From positions 4,146,699 through 4,210,698 of the forward strand of contig CM082581.2 in the NCBI GenBank assembly GCA_040954595.2: 64,000 nucleotides of DNA, written 5' to 3'. Position numbers and translations under genes: made by a program. The notes under the pieces are model-generated. The model saw only the letters and a program-made list of their open reading frames with translations, was not told where the DNA came from and made no database searches. The stretch is from Balanoglossus misakiensis. Its lineage: Eukaryota; Animalia; Hemichordata. This document shows, one piece after another, positions 11,407 to 26,883 of the stretch (the stretch's first letter is position 1; every line of letters begins with the position of its first letter).

Positions 11407-12304
11407 TGTGTCTACAAGTGGTGTGGAGGGTGTGTGTGGTCGAACGTTGATTCACTTTATATCCACACGTAGAATAACATAAATGGTGTCTTGTATCAAA
11501 CATAATTAAGGGAAAAGGGGCAGCGAGAGAGAGACTTTGTCACTTTAACATGATTTATCCAAGAGAGGTTGAGATTCCTGCTAGTCACCATGACATCACT
11601 TAGACAGACAACTTACAATGGCAATAAACATTAAATTGACCGAGATGATTCGTCATGCTTATTAATTTGTATTTTGCACTTCCCATTGTCAAACGACGTC
11701 ATCAAAATACCAAGATTGGTTTGCTAAATGACACGTGGAATTCATACAAATATGGCTTCAGCAGAAACTGATAACAAAATATCATATAGCATTCATGACT
11801 TCATGTAATCTGGTTTAAAGGTCACTCCTGGAAAGAAATACCAGTATTTTCATTTTCAATAATAATATTCATGAAAACTATCCGCTTTTGACATTTAGAG
11901 GGCAAAACAGTTCAATTCGAGCGTTGGCCATGCAGTCTATGTAACGTACACATGATAGTCACAGTGGGAGCAGTGACATTTGCCCTTTAATTGACAACAT
12001 TTGATATGTAATTGCGCAAAACGTTACTGGAACAAAAGCACAATGCAAATAACGTATGTGATATCGTGATACGTTTATAGTTACAGGGAATGTCTCCTGT
12101 TTCTGTGTGTGTGTAAACGTTTCCGTCATTATTGTACAGCGATTTTACGTTCATTAAAATTGTTGAGGAAGTGGGTCAAGGCACAGTAGAAAGGAAGATT
12201 ACAAAATGGATGGAAATATAATGTTACACAACTAGAATAAGTAGAGGTAAATAAGCAACGTCGATTTGTCCTGTAGGACTATCCAGGGTTTTTGCTACAT
12301 ATTC

Positions 12305-12828
12305 TATCCACCCCCCCTCTCTCTCTCTCCATCCATCCATCCATCCATCCATCTCCCTGTCTCTTTCTTTCTAGTTCTCTCTTGTTCTCCCCTCTCCTTT
12401 TATTTTTCTCTCTGTTCCGCACTCTCTTTCTCTGCCTTGCTCTCTCATTCTCGCTCTCTCCTCCCCCTTCCTTCCATATATCCGTCCGTCCGTCCGTCTG
12501 TCTGTCTGTCCCTCTTTCTCTATTTCTTTCTCTCTGGCTCGATCTCTCCCTGTCTCTTTCTTTGTAGTTTTCTCTCTTTCTTTCCTCTCTCTTTCTCTTT
12601 TTCTGTGTCTGTCTGTGTGTTTCGCTCTTTTTCTCTGCCTTGCTCTCTGCTGTCACGCTCATTCTCGCTCTCTCCTGTTCCTTCCTCATCGTCTGTCTGT
12701 CTGTCTGTCTGTCTGTCTGTGTGTATGTCTGTCTGTCTGTCCCTCTTTCTCTATTTCTTTCTCTCTGGCTCGCTCTCTCACTGTCTCTTTCTCTTTCTGT
12801 CTCGCTCTTTCATTCTCTCTCTTCCCCA
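12305..12828. repeat. Polypyrimidine-rich low-complexity tract, (CT)n/(CCAT)n/(CTGT)n, with an internal ~150-bp duplication
   Basis: The unit ttctctgccttgctctct..ctcattctcgctctctcct..gtctgtccctctttctctatttctttctctctggctcg occurs at about 12428-12560 and again at about 12630-12792. Confidence 0.9.
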
Positions 12829-15800
12829 TCTGTGTGATGAAACATATCTGATCGCCAAGAACGTGTTTGGTAAACAGCAGCAAATTGGAACTGGGTCATT
12901 GTACTGTTGTGCAGACAGAAAATTGATTCGTGGCGTCTGCAATGAGTTATGCTGTAAATACTAACACATCACCTAGACATAAATCTATAAATCTCGCTAA
13001 ATCTAAATCAGGAGTAAATACTGTATGATAACGTAATTGCTGACAGCATGTTATTATATGATATGACATTGTATGGACACAGAAATTATCTATATATCTT
13101 TCTACCCATGAAGAGAGGTTACCTGAGTTCTCGACATGACTTCATTCGTTAAAATACTAAATGACAGTTGCTTGGTTGAGATCAGCAGAAACGACATTAG
13201 GGCATTTCGCTGATTTCTGTGATCACTTGAATAGTTTTGACGTTTAAGATTATTCTTGCATTAGGGCAAGACAGCACGAAAGCAAACTGGTTTTATACTT
13301 TCGTTTTATTTGAGTATACCAATTCCTTTGATAGAACGCACTCGGGTTGGGAGTATCTCTGCACGCCTTTGGTAATTCCCCCAGTAATCGGTGCCACTCG
13401 TCCACTGCGATTTATTTTGTTCACCGTGCATGCATGAGGATAAAAGCTAATGATGTCCGAATCCTATGTGGGATAAACACGTGCAACGTGGGCGGATGTC
13501 AGGCGACAAGGAATGGTTACAGGCAATATGGCGATGCTCGCCTTTAGACCAACCCCTGATGTATAAAAGTAAATGCCACGGATTAGTTCGGGTGAAAAAA
13601 CATATTCGATGACCGATATTCTACCAAGGGAAATTCAAATGTTGGACTTTTTTGCGGGTCAGTGTTCGAGCTCCTTACTCAAATTAAGTTTATACTCTTA
13701 GAGTACATTTCGGTGACCCTGAAATCTAGTCCTATTCTCAGCATGTAATATTCAATGGCTGTGAGATTATGGCAAAGGATTTCGGAGGCTTAAGATTTAA
13801 AGTCTGGTATATATTGTCGCGATCATAAAATGTCTGACTTTTTATATTTGAATGGATAATATCACCGAGGTTGAAATCGTTTCTTTTGTCATTTGACTTT
13901 ATTCTACAAATAATTGAATTGGTTACAATATCCGCAAAAGTTTACGTCAGTCACGTGATTTCATAAATAGACGGCAGCTCTTTCTTCTGAAGTAGTTATT
14001 TTATGTTTTGGCCCTTGTGTTGCTGAGTTGACGGGTTGGCGGGAATCTTAAAGGTCCTCCCTGTAACTTGTGGCTCTTTTTTTGTATTTTTGTTATGTGT
14101 ATCAACAATGGTTTCTTGCTTGTCTCCCTCATGAGGCAGACCTACATTCACAGTGTGAATCTTCTCAACGCAGACCATGTGTGCACAATGGACGTTTATT
14201 GTTCAAACATCGTGACTGTAGTCTGGAACAGAATGTGTTCGTCGACAATAACAGTGATCGACATAATACACATGGCTTCTTGACAAGCAGAAAAAAACGA
14301 GCTTGTTGAGATACTATAGGAAGGGGGACCCCGAGAAAATGTAGTTTATATACATTTAAAACACTCTGAATTAATAGCCATGCAGAAGTTACATATAGTG
14401 ACCCTTTAACATGCATAAGTGGCGGACAGAGAAGATACAGTCTTAACACAAACGGAACAGACAGAAGAAAACAACAAAAAATTACAGTTACTTTCTCCAA
14501 AACATAATACGTACGAACGTTATATAATCATGTCATCTCATGTTATGTCACGTCTGAAAAACAGGATTAATATACCTGTATTATTAATGACCTAAGTCTG
14601 TGCAAACCAACTGTAAACCATTTCGGAGGCATCACATCACATTCGACATTTGATTAAACATTAATATAAGGTAGGCGTCACGATAAACAGTTTTAATTTT
14701 TAAGATTTCCACGAAATGAACTCCATTCTCGTTCAACCCGAGACCGCAAATTCTATCATCACGACGAACCATATCCATATGCCCTACTTCTGTCATTAGC
14801 AGATTCTCGAAACTACTAGTTCATAGATAAGGTTATAAATTAGTGTATTAAAATAAGAATTGATGACCGCATAGCACCCATCGCTAACGTAGGGCAAAGT
14901 ATGTCGACTATATGTTATGATCTCGGTAAATGGAAAGAGGGAACGACCTTTTGAAAGTACGAGTTGGGGTGTATATGGTGCGTATTTGATTTCCAACAAA
15001 TGTAGGCTTCCGTCAGCCATTGCTTTCAACACCAATCCAATTCGAAATATTGAAGATTTTGATGTCGAGTCGACGATCATTTTTTTAATTTAAACTGATT
15101 TATGTATACAATATAAATTATACAAATTCAGCAATTATGTGAAATAGGATTAATTGACTTTATTCTTTGATATCCAGTTGGATATGTTTGACTTGACGTA
15201 GGCTATACAACGATACAAAATATTCCATACCCATAAATTGCGTAAATCTATGTGTTGAACATTTTGACGAGTAACGTCGCCGAGTAACGTCGGCGATATT
15301 TTGCTGAAATCTGTGAATTCGGTAGATATTTTTTCTGAGTTTGTTGAATAAAACAAGTCTCAGTCCAACTACAGTGCATGCACCGTTCCAAAGATATTTT
15401 TCACCGACTATGTTTTCGGATTCATGATGTTGGGGACCATTCTTTTTTATTATAATATATTTGCTATACCAGTTTACGTTAGGCTTGACATTCTTTTCGG
15501 CCATGGACTCCTGTTCCTGTAAGTATACGATCAAATTCTCTTTGCTTCCCATATGATGTGTTTTTCAGTTCATAACCATCCTCCTGTAGAAAACTCCGCG
15601 GCCATGAAATCATACTTTTTGGATAACTGCATCATCAATTTCATTTGTCGCTCGTGAAAATAACCGCACATATTGCACGACTTGAACCATAGCCTGATTT
15701 AAATACATACGCCCCTTAGCAATTGAAATTAAAATGCGAAACAACTGAGCCGTGTGTTTCCATCCCTAACGAGATGTTCACTCGGTACAGGGAGGATGTA

Positions 15801-16334
15801 CGATATTATATCTTCATGCCTCATGGCGATGGTGAAAATGATCATATATAGCCTCAAAGTTAGAAACTCGAATATCCTTAAAGGGATGAAGTCGCTAACT
15901 TTTGATGTTACTCTGTGGATTTTTAATAGTTCTGTTTACGTTCTGCACACTGAAACACTGATAGACTGTCACAGCTCAATTCATGCGTGGATATTACACG
16001 TGAATAGACTCCCGTCATTTAATTTTTGGTCAGTAACACAATTATTATATTTCAGACGTATTCTCATGGTAAACCTATATGCAGGTTGAGGGTTGAGTTG
16101 TAAGAAAGTGTCATTTAGCATGTTGTCGTGAGTAGAACAACATTAACAGCCCATCGACTGAAATTAAAATGACCAAAAAATGTCAAAAGTTGGCGACTTT
16201 GTTCCTTTGACTGGCAATTGATTAAATTTTTAAAAAACCCTGGTAACGTATGACTCACTACTGCATGATTACTTACTTTAACTAATACTTACTTCCCTAC
16301 TTACCTACATACCCACCCACACATCATCCCACCA

Positions 16335-16392
16335 TCTCACTCAGTCACTCAGTCACTCACTCAGTCACTCACTCAGTCACTCACTCACTCGA
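16335..16392. repeat. (CACT/CAGT)n microsatellite
   Basis: Direct reading. Confidence 0.85.
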
Positions 16393-17417
16393 TCGATCGA
16401 TTAACCCAGGAAAGAACTCACTGAGTCACATTCCAAATCAAATTGATAACCACATTTCGAAGTTAGGACTCGATTTGAATTGATGATACTAGTAGTTGCA
16501 TAATGATGATGACACTATTCACTACTTTTAGAAGTTTTGTGGGATGACACGGGACGCATTAGTCACGTGACTGTTTGATTTCCAACGTTGGGGGTATTGG
16601 TCGATCTTATTTTGTTGTCCAACTTGGATGACGTCAAATGTTAAAAACGATTTCTTGACGACACTAAAAGTTTGAACTTACGTCATAACTGAAGGGTCTG
16701 AGACTTGCCGTTATTTCCATCCAGCTAAGCTAAGTGTCGTCGCGGTAGCTGAGCCTTTTCCATCTGTTGACGGGTAAAATCCGATTTCGTTGTCCGGAAG
16801 GAGTTACCCTATACTGCCATATTATTGTTCGGCAATTATCTCCTTTTCCGAGAATCGACGAAACGCGAGCTTCGCGTGTGCATGCACATGCCCTCATTTC
16901 CTGTGTCGGTAAGTCATTCGACACTCTATATCCAAATTGGCAGTCTTAATGGACAGTGAGAATTTTGCATCACTTTCGAGATGTTTACAGGTCACGTTGC
17001 TTTAAGATGCGACGATTTCATCCTTCCGAGACATTATCTTGCGTTCACTGACTCCCACTCTGCGTGTCACGTGACAGGGTAAAACCCTGCCGCCCTCTGA
17101 TTCGCAATATTTAAATCATTGGCCAGTCGCGGATCACGTGATCTGCTCGCTATATTAAACCTCAGTTTTGCCATCACATCCACACAACCACTGCAGGTAC
17201 GACGGTAAACCAAAGGTTGTGAAGAGCATATTGTCGGAAACGTAAACAATAACTGGTTGGTGATCGGCGGAGGCGATGCTCTGGCGCCAATCATCCAATG
17301 AGCAATGTGGTTTGTCAGCTTTGTAGGATCCTACGAGGGTGAAACCAGTTGCTATCATTTCTTCATAGTTTGACGCTCCGGAATCCCAAGTAACTCTAAA
17401 CAGTTTTTTCATCTGAC

Positions 17418-18404
17418 ATGGCCTTCTTACAGAATACATCTAACATCACAGCGTACAATGGTATCCAATCTTGCATTCACATCGACGAAACCGTGTACCA
17501 TGTCGGCACCGTGACGCTAGCAAGCGTGGGAATACTGGCAAACCTGTCGTTCATGTTCGTGTTAGTACGAACACCGGCGATGCGCACACCAACCAATGTG
17601 CTACTACTGAGTTTGGCGGTCTGCGACGTACTGTACTTATCACAGTTGCTGATCGTCAATGTCTGTCAAATCCTGCCCGGCGATGCCAAATGCGTGTTTC
17701 TGGTCACCATGGAATGCCGGTGTTTGATCACGTTAGCCATAGAAATGGCCCTCATAACCTCCTGTTTCACCGTCCTGCTGATCAGCATCGAACGCTACAT
17801 TGCCGTGTGCAAGCCGTTGAGCGTCACCGTCCACCGCGCCGGCACGCCCGTCTCCAAACGGAGAACCGTTCTCCTGTTGGTCTCCACCTGGTTGCCGGGG
17901 ACGTTCTGCAGTATGATACCCATAGCGGCGCTGCGCTACTGTCAGGTAGGCGAGGACAAAGACAAGGTTTGGCGGGTTGCGACGGCTCAGGTTCTCTTCG
18001 TGGTGGTGTTTCTGGTTCCTCTCGTGGCTGTTGTAACACTGTACACACTTATCATCAAGAAGTTATACAAGTCAGCCACCAGCGTCGCAGCCAAGACACG
18101 TAACAACAGAGGCGTCATCGAGAAACAAGTTGCCTTTCTTTGTGTTGTCGTTACCTGTGTCTATATCGTGTGCATCACTCCGTCGCTGATGTATTCGCTT
18201 GCGCACATCTTGCGTGTCTATTTTGGAGTTCATCTCATCTCTTCACAGCAGGGAGAAATTTGTCTCAATTTTATATCGGTGGATCTGCTGCTGTTGAACT
18301 CGTCACTGAACCCGTTCATCTACAACTTTGCCAACGCCAATTTCAGACAGGCATTCAGACAGACCTTCTCGTTTCAGACTCTCTCGTCCAGAGCATCATA
18401 CTGA
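17418..18404 (+). CDS. Intronless class A (rhodopsin-family) GPCR, 328 aa, orphan peptide-receptor-like
   Basis: Seven hydrophobic segments, N-terminal N-glycosylation sites (NTS, NIT), TM1 GILAN, TM2 LAVCD, TM3 ISIERYIAVCKP, TM4 W, TM5 FLVPL..LY, TM6 CITP, TM7 NSSLNPFIY and helix 8 FRQAF. Confidence 0.93.
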   Translation: MAFLQNTSNITAYNGIQSCIHIDETVYHVGTVTLASVGILANLSFMFVLVRTPAMRTPTNVLLLSLAVCDVLYLSQLLIVNVCQILPGDAKCVFLVTMECRCLITLAIEMALITSCFTVLLISIERYIAVCKPLSVTVHRAGTPVSKRRTVLLLVSTWLPGTFCSMIPIAALRYCQVGEDKDKVWRVATAQVLFVVVFLVPLVAVVTLYTLIIKKLYKSATSVAAKTRNNRGVIEKQVAFLCVVVTCVYIVCITPSLMYSLAHILRVYFGVHLISSQQGEICLNFISVDLLLLNSSLNPFIYNFANANFRQAFRQTFSFQTLSSRASY

Positions 18405-19176
18405 ACACGAATCAGGGACACACTAGCATTTTCATGAACACGATCGAAGAATTGAAAATTGCCATAAGCAGGAAATACGTGTTCTTTTTTAACTGTTTTA
18501 CTGAATATAAATATTTAGAGTTGTCCAAATAAATATTCATGTCTAACAAGGATTACTTTCTACGCACTGTGCTCTCAGCTACAACGTTTTGTAAACTTTA
18601 CTTGAAATTCTGGTCAGTAACAGTTATGGCATTTTGCAATTTAAAGACACGACATCATAATTCTAGTATTAACCATATGTAGGCGGTGTAAAATTTATAA
18701 GCGCACAATAAATATAATACGAATTTTGTATTGTTGTCAAATAAATTAAGATACATCTCCTACATATCAATTATATCTAAAACTTTTCTATTATCGACAT
18801 ACATTTTCTATATATCAATATTTATTCAGGTCTTTTATCGTGTGAGGTTGTAATTTTACAAACCGCATGAACACAAGAAACGAAATCAGGGCGAGCATTT
18901 CTTCTAGATTCCACTATATCTTATTTATGGTGTTTTTTTGTTAACCGTAAAATAATTGTTTCCTTTTGTTTAAGGGTCTCCCGTTTTCTGTGCGATGTAT
19001 GCTGCTCGTCGAACAGCGTGTATTATTCATGGTATTAACATTTGGACATTTGAATAGCAACTGACGGATAGTATTTCTCGAAGGAAAGACGGCAGCTGCC
19101 ATTGTCTGGTACGGTTTTATATTAAGAAGCATACACAAAAAAAGTATGGGATGTGAAGTATCAAAATATATCCTGA

Positions 19177-19388
<212 letters not shown>

Positions 19389-21530
19389 TTATCAAGTCTA
19401 CAACTGTCAACTGATATGTTGTTCCCTCGATTGAATGGGAAGCATGGTCAGCAGGATTATTCCTGGCGAAGATCAACACTATAATACATGTGTAAACAAA
19501 TGAGAGCTAATGTGTTTGTAATGTCAAAAACTGAAATGGTTAAGTTTTGTATTTGACGTATATATATTTATTTCACTCTTCTTATGAAAGTATATGATCC
19601 GGTCTTTATGACCTGTCTAGTGTATATCGGTTAACATTTATGTAAGAGATATTTACAGATAAATAAAATATATATGGTTCAGCCGGACCATATCTGCAAT
19701 ATTGTGTGTGAAATGAGTGTTCAGAGAGGATTGTGCTATCTAAAAGCGAGACACTTGTCAAAATTGCCATTTACCCCAGTAAAATATCAAAATATCGTAT
19801 AAAATCATTCGAATTCTATGAAACTGCATTGAGAATTTGCATATTGCTTGTTTCAGTTAAGTAGTAGAAATTCCGTACTTTATTCAGGAATAATCATTTA
19901 CATGTAGAACAGTGAATGCAAACTATTTTCAGGCTATTTTCAAGATGCACTAAGTAGTTCAAATCGTGCCCTCTATGTTACTCATTACACTCAGGGCCAC
20001 CGAACCCAACCGGGGATTTACATGAACCAGTAGAACCCTGATGATATCGACCAACAAACATTCATCGATGTCTAACACTACCCTAGTGTATTCATGCTCC
20101 AATCAAGAACCCTATGGGAATTGCTGTCCCTGAATACGTGTGTAGATTAAAGAAGATCTCTGCAAAGGCGTGGATGTTGTAAGATCTGTGCCGCGATTGC
20201 AAAGTAGCGCTGAGATTGAAGCGAGAATTGTGTTGCCTCCCCAGAGTGGGAGCAGTCCGAAAGCCAGGTTTGGTTGAAGTGGGTGTGAAGACAAGGCAAT
20301 TAGTCATGGCTAAGCGACAATATCGACTATTATCGTCAGACGAGAACCCTCTCTCGCCCCTCCCCATCTGTATCCCATTTGGAGGTTCGACAAACTATTA
20401 TCGATCTCCAGAAATCACAGACACTATATTCGTTGATTCCCAAGTGAGGAAGATCACCATGTGACTGCGTATAGATGTGTATATCCCATGCATTGAGTAT
20501 AACATCCAGCATTTTAATCTGAGTACAAGTGGGTGAGAAGTTCTGCGTTGAACTGCAATTCACACAGTTACCTGCTTAAATGTTCCATCTGGAACTTGCA
20601 TTATCACATAAACACTCATAATTAAAAGCCTGATAGAACAATCAACGTATGACTAAAACTGTCAAGGCGAAGAAAATCCAAAACAGAATCAATTAGATAT
20701 GAACGACGTATTTTAGTGAATTGTGTAGCATAATATTATACCAACTCAAACTGTATTAGCATTTTACTCTCAATGTCAGACCTATAAAAGGATATTCGAC
20801 TCATATCGAATTACTAAAGCCGTCTCAAACAATTAAAATGTTGTCGGGCCTCTTGTATTTTGTCTGCCAAGATAGAACATTCGAAAGTTGAACATCCCAA
20901 AACATTTATTTTGTAAGGTTATTGCAGCTTGAAAAGTAGACTCTGCCCCCCCCCCCCCCCGAGCAAAACGCACAAATTCATTTCTTCCTTCGAAGAAATA
21001 GACCTGCACTGCGCACAATAAACGGCTCAGTTTATATCGCCCAGATTTATTATTCTCTATCTTCATATGCCCCGACAATTTTCCAATTTGTCGAAACGTA
21101 GAATGTCACTTCGTGAATTTCACTGAACTCAATTTGATTATAACTCTCCACACACACACGCTAGCGGGATATTTGCACATGTCTTTCGTCCAAATGACGA
21201 TGTTGTTTACGGTTTTTTTTTTCAAGAAATCGGATGCATAGTATGATAGTTCAATGCGTTACCAAGGTGATACGACGTCTAATTTATCACGAATCTCCGA
21301 TTCTGAAGATTTGCCCAGGGCTACCTGAAATGGAATATGAAGAAAACAAACTGCGATGCTGTAGGGGAGTTCTTATAATTCAATGACACGTGTAAATTAA
21401 CATCGTTTTGCCTTTATATGGAGACTTGCGAGTCAATTCTGCGAATCCAATAAGCTTAGCAGTTCTCGGATTTGTTTTCCTGTGCCAACGAAATCGGCAG
21501 ACTTAGATTGGGATGTAACATGTACATAAA

Positions 21531-21645
21531 TTCATTCATTGATTCGTTGATTCATTCATTCATTCATTCATTCATTCATTCATTCATTCATTCATTCATT
21601 CATTCATTCATTCATTCATTCATTCATTCATTCATTCATTCATTC
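21531..21645. repeat. (TTCA)n microsatellite
   Basis: Direct reading. Confidence 0.97.
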
Positions 21646-24600
21646 GCCCCTCCGTCTGTCGTCCTAATACTCAGACATGACCAACCCGAATTTGTCAAAA
21701 CGGGACACATGGACAAGAACTTGTTTCGGACCGAAAAAATGGTGTCTGTTGGCCTCACATACAGATCTTATGGCCTTGGAAACAAATTGACGTGAATGGT
21801 ATACGTCCTGATTCATATCCTTACATCAAGTTTGACAAAAATTAGAAAAAAAGGCGTGTCTGAATAAAGTTTCATACAAAACATATGCTAATCAAATAGC
21901 TACCAAGTGGCCACCACGTAGATCGTATAGCAAATCTAACTTTAAACTGATCAATGACCTATAACATCCACTGAAGTAAAAGTAAAAACTAATTTGACGA
22001 AAAATACTACATCGTTGAAACAAGTCGGATGGCAATAATTACATCTTCAATGAAAAACCAACTCCACCAGAAAAAGATTGCCATGGTTAATCGATGATTC
22101 TGCAATTACCTCAGGGCCGGTGACGCGGAAGTAATTTCACTTGCTTCAAGTAAGGCAGGCTGGCTGTATTGTAGACAACCCTGGGGAATACCTGACAATC
22201 GGCGACAACAAATATCCCGTTGTAAGATGAATGATGAAATAAGTACACTCGATATTCTAATCGAGGCAACCGGTGACCAAGACTGATGCAACACATACAT
22301 TTTGCAGATTTACTTGATCTGTCAAATGCAGATAGTTGGTATACAGCCTTCACACGAGCCTATACACGAGACCCTCACCGTCCTAGAATTAGGAGTGTCA
22401 CAACCTATAGAACTAGGATGTGCCAAGTATATACCGCTACAATGAACACATTCCCCTGTATATCAGCTAGTTAGCTCACACCTGTGTAACGGAAAATGTA
22501 AACTGCCCCCAGCTCATCAAAACTCTTGTCTGTATCTCTCCTCGCATTACACACCCTCTCCTGTATTAGCAAAACTGTAGGAATCAGACATTTATATCGC
22601 CATCTTGTTATACACTTTCATGCGCAAGACCATAGCTAAACGAGGCTTTAAAGCGTGAAAGTAAATTGCCCGTCGTTTCAGTGCACTTAAAGCTTACACT
22701 GCGCACATCTCCGAATGTCTAATGACCCAGGTTGTTTCTACAGGTTGACACGTGACACCCTATACTTGATACCCACAAAAGTGTTACTAAACAGGAAACC
22801 AAATTAAATTGATTCGGTAACCTTTCTGTTATCGTGCGAAGATCTCGCGGTTTCATTTAATGCATTTGGAACAGTATGAACTGTAACGTAATCTGATTTC
22901 TTAAAGTGAAGGAGGTCAGAACGATGGAAAGTGGCGATGCATATGCGTTGAACCATTTGCCTTGGCTTGGTGCCGAATCTCCTGCCTTCTTTTAAGCGTA
23001 TGACTGTTCACGAATGAATCAAAGCGATTCAGTAGAACCGTCATGCACTGTCAGTTTCATTCAGTGTCCAACCCCCCAGCTTCAGACTGACTTTAATTAA
23101 CTTTACACAAGCACTCTACATGAAAATGCAACATGTGACCAAGTCATCAATCTTCATATCCTTCGGTTCTGAGAAAGGTAGGCTAATGCATAAAAATTTC
23201 CCTTTCCACGAAAAACGTAACAGTTTCAGTTGATGAATTAAAGATCGCCTCCCTTGACGATCATGATCACCTTGCACAACGGCATTTCTCTCCATTTTAT
23301 ACTACTTTGCGTATATCCGTATGACTTTACGTGTCTATCTGTTCTCAAGGACATTGACATTGAAATAAAGCAGGATTACATCCATCAAAATATCTCACGT
23401 GGTGACAGAGAAGGTGAGAAGGCATTTGCTTGAAGTGGTTAATGCCTCATTATACTTAAACACGATTTCGTTTATTACATTTTCCATACGCTTTGCATTG
23501 TGATGTTTTGGTAATGTTCATTTCGGGAAACCATCTCAGAAAACAAGGCTGGGCATTCGACTTGACAGGTAAACGCGGTGATTGTCCAATGACCTTGACC
23601 TGCTCAATTTGAGCCATTTCACTTCTCTTTATTTTCTTCTAACACAGCGCGATAAATAACCATGCAGTGACATTGGGGAAATAGTACGTTCGCTCGTATT
23701 GAACGAAGGAGGGACTGAAATCTGACCCCATATTGCAAATTGCTCTACATTACCGATCTAGAACCATGTGCACGGTGTTCTTACATGTACATCCATAAAT
23801 GTCCGCAGGGAGGCATTATCCCTAAAATTTTGTGAAGGATTTTAATTGGAAAGGAGAGAGACGCGTATAATATGAAATCTAAGAAGCGCCATTCTCGCAT
23901 CTACATCTGTCTTCTAGGAATTAATGCATTTACGTCTTGGCTCTTAAGACACAATTACGTATGGCCTAGCAAACATCTGCGACCTACTAGGAAAGTCTTC
24001 GCTTCTGCTGGACCGTATTTAAGTAAAGCTTTTAGTTTAATAGACGTTTATCTGTTCGGCCAATCAGGTTTGAAATGGTGTGATGCTTAATGTATCAGGT
24101 GGTTTATGGTAACTGACGAAAAATGATGATCGACAATATGTAGTCGGCGCTGTCGAATATTTGGGAAAATCTTCTATATGGCTTTGATCTTAAGTTGGCT
24201 CATATTGAGGAATTCAATTGATTCCTTGTCATGTTTTCCATTTCAAGCTTTCTACAACTTGTAAATTAAACAAAATACTTCCATGGTAACTGAGTTCAAA
24301 TAACCACTCAAAGATATTCAATGAAGGACTTACCATCGTAAATACCTCGATCGTCCGCAATCTCCCGTTGCATAGGAACAAGTTCAAGCAAACAAAACTC
24401 TGGCGCGGAAAGTCGCTTGTACTGTTTAAGATGCGAAGAAGTTATAAATAAATAAACGGGTAGTAACTCCAGCCTTATGATTTTAGCAATTCGACGTATA
24501 CGTTAGCGAAAACCTTTCTTCTGTGCTTAGGCCTATGTGTTGTACGCATCACAACGGAATTCCGTAAATAAACAAGACGGCGTTCAGAACCATGCATCCA

Positions 24601-26851
24601 TGGGAAATTTAGAACAAACTGACGATCTACGGAGACTAGGGGAAAATTTTCTTTTGTGCTTAGGCTGATGTGTTCAAGGAGGATATAGATTCCAGCCCTG
24701 TAGTTCGAGTCATGATTTCACTATACATGTAATATAAGATCACTGTAAAGAAGAGGAAGAAATGCAGATTTGAGAATGCTCTTCGTTGTTTGTGTTCAGA
24801 CACATTGGAAAACTTTTCGGAAGAAAAGTTAACTCGCTACCAGAAACGCGCTCAAAGCAAGCATGCACACAAAAAGTATTGAGATTCCAAAAATCACCAA
24901 GCGACTAGTGGGCTGGTCTATGTTTGTGATAATATAATCTACAACTGAGCACCTGCAATGTCTGTATGGCCAGCGTTTCATAGAATCACTTTTTCAGATA
25001 GAAGTATGAAATGCAATATCTATATTAAACTGTACATTTTTTCAAACCAACGTAGAACGAGCTAAACCCACGAATACAAGATGAATGCAGACGCGGCCGA
25101 TGATATCAGCTTACGGGCTTTGCCACACAACAGAACTCCATTTCGACGATAAGGTAACGTCAGGAAAATAACACACCCCTGGGGAAACAATTATCAACTT
25201 TTTGGCGTTTTGTTAAGACGGTCTAGCCATCCATCATTTGAAGACATTCAACCCAACAGTAGCGATATGAACCGTAAGCTTACGGATCTCGCGTTACAGC
25301 GATTTTATCAAACTAACTGAAGTGTCGTGAATAAGTTGGTGTCGTTTATCCTCTATCATTTCCCAGGCACTGCTTTAATAACCAAAATTGAACCCATTTC
25401 ATGTCACTGCGGGAACGTGGGCCGTCCTGATGGCAAAGTTTACTTATTATTCCCCCCATTATTTAAAGTTAAAAAACTTTTAATGTCGGCTCTAATTCCG
25501 AAATTTTAAGGAATGGTCCCTTGGGCCCTATGATATCATTTCACCTTGTTAAAAATCCACTGTCCTCATGATGAGCGAGAGTGGGTAGTATGATCTTGTT
25601 GACTTGTCACGTATTCAACTCAAACACGCTATGCAAGTATGTGACAGCGAACAAATCCTAGCTGTCTGCATCACTATGCAAAACTATACTAACTTAAAGT
25701 TAACACTCAAAAAGTCTTGTGTACTCACAGTACTGGGTAGCGAACAGTGTTTTATACAAACTATGCATCCAGGTCTGATTCGAGACTCTGCAGCTCTGCC
25801 AGGGCATTCACCTTCAACAGTACACCGTGATGTTCACAAACAAAACAACATATTAAATGACGAAAGGGAAACCAGTTCGGTATCTTGTTTTCTATTTGCA
25901 CAGTAATCATCTGCAATTTAGTAGACAAAGTCTCACGATGATAACGAGGGAATCCTTGCAGAGATGACACTGTATGTAGAACAGACAAAACTAGACTATT
26001 TCAATTGCTGACTGCTTCACTTTTGAAGCCGTATCATATTCACAGAAATTTACCATGGGACCAAGTGTTTTTCCAGCAGAATTTTAGAGCAGACTGCATT
26101 TGTTCTACCTTCTCTGTATAATCATCAGTTCTTATCTTTTTGAGTCACGCAGATTCTTCAGCTGATGTTGAAACAGCATCGAAAAGTAATGTCGGTAAAC
26201 GGTTTCTAAAAAAGACTCTAGTTTTGATTTGTTGTCGCGTGAAAGAACATATGATACGAGGTTGGGAATTGTCAGGTAGTGACAAAAACACGGAGGAGAA
26301 AGTAATCTGTACTTGTTCAGGGGTTTGGCCAAGGCAAATTCAAATTTTGATTCTTCTATCTCTATCTGCTGCAACTGTGTCTTCTGTGATTGAGATTGTA
26401 CTGTAACTGTACCGGTCGCACGCCCCCAATCGTCCGATCCATTTGCAACGTTTTCGCGGATGGTGTGTCAGTTGTATTAAGTGTAATCTTACACAATGAT
26501 TCTTGACCTTTATATGTGGATGTTTGCGAACTGTTTCAAAATTATAAATCACAATTAAAATTAATTATCAAAATTACAATTCTCTTGTTTGATTAAAATT
26601 CTCAACTCATACATATCGTAACACTCCCTTCATTTAAAGGGAATGCGTCCAGTATTGAATGTTACCAAAAAGGTAGTACATATCAAAAAGATAAAGTAAA
26701 AATATACATAGCTGAGTAAATAACGGTAATATGAAATATGTATGTTAGAAATACATATTAAATGAATATATAGCCAAAGAATAATCTGAAAAAAACTATA
26801 GCGGCCTACACTTGACTAAATTAACTATATTTTTCGAACTAGCTCTCTCTC

Positions 26852-26883
<32 letters not shown>

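Noticed and set aside
12266-12964. 232-aa Ser/Leu-rich ORF and overlapping Arg/Glu-rich ORFs
   Set aside because: Low-complexity CT/CTGT tract that lacks stop codons because of its composition.
14790-15660. ORFs 14796-15080 and 15160-15552 and an upstream 'EFSTGGWL' pogo-like hint
   Set aside because: Similarity too weak and fragmentary to call without a search.
20090-20560. Cluster of short overlapping ORFs
   Set aside because: No motif, splice consistency or family recognition.
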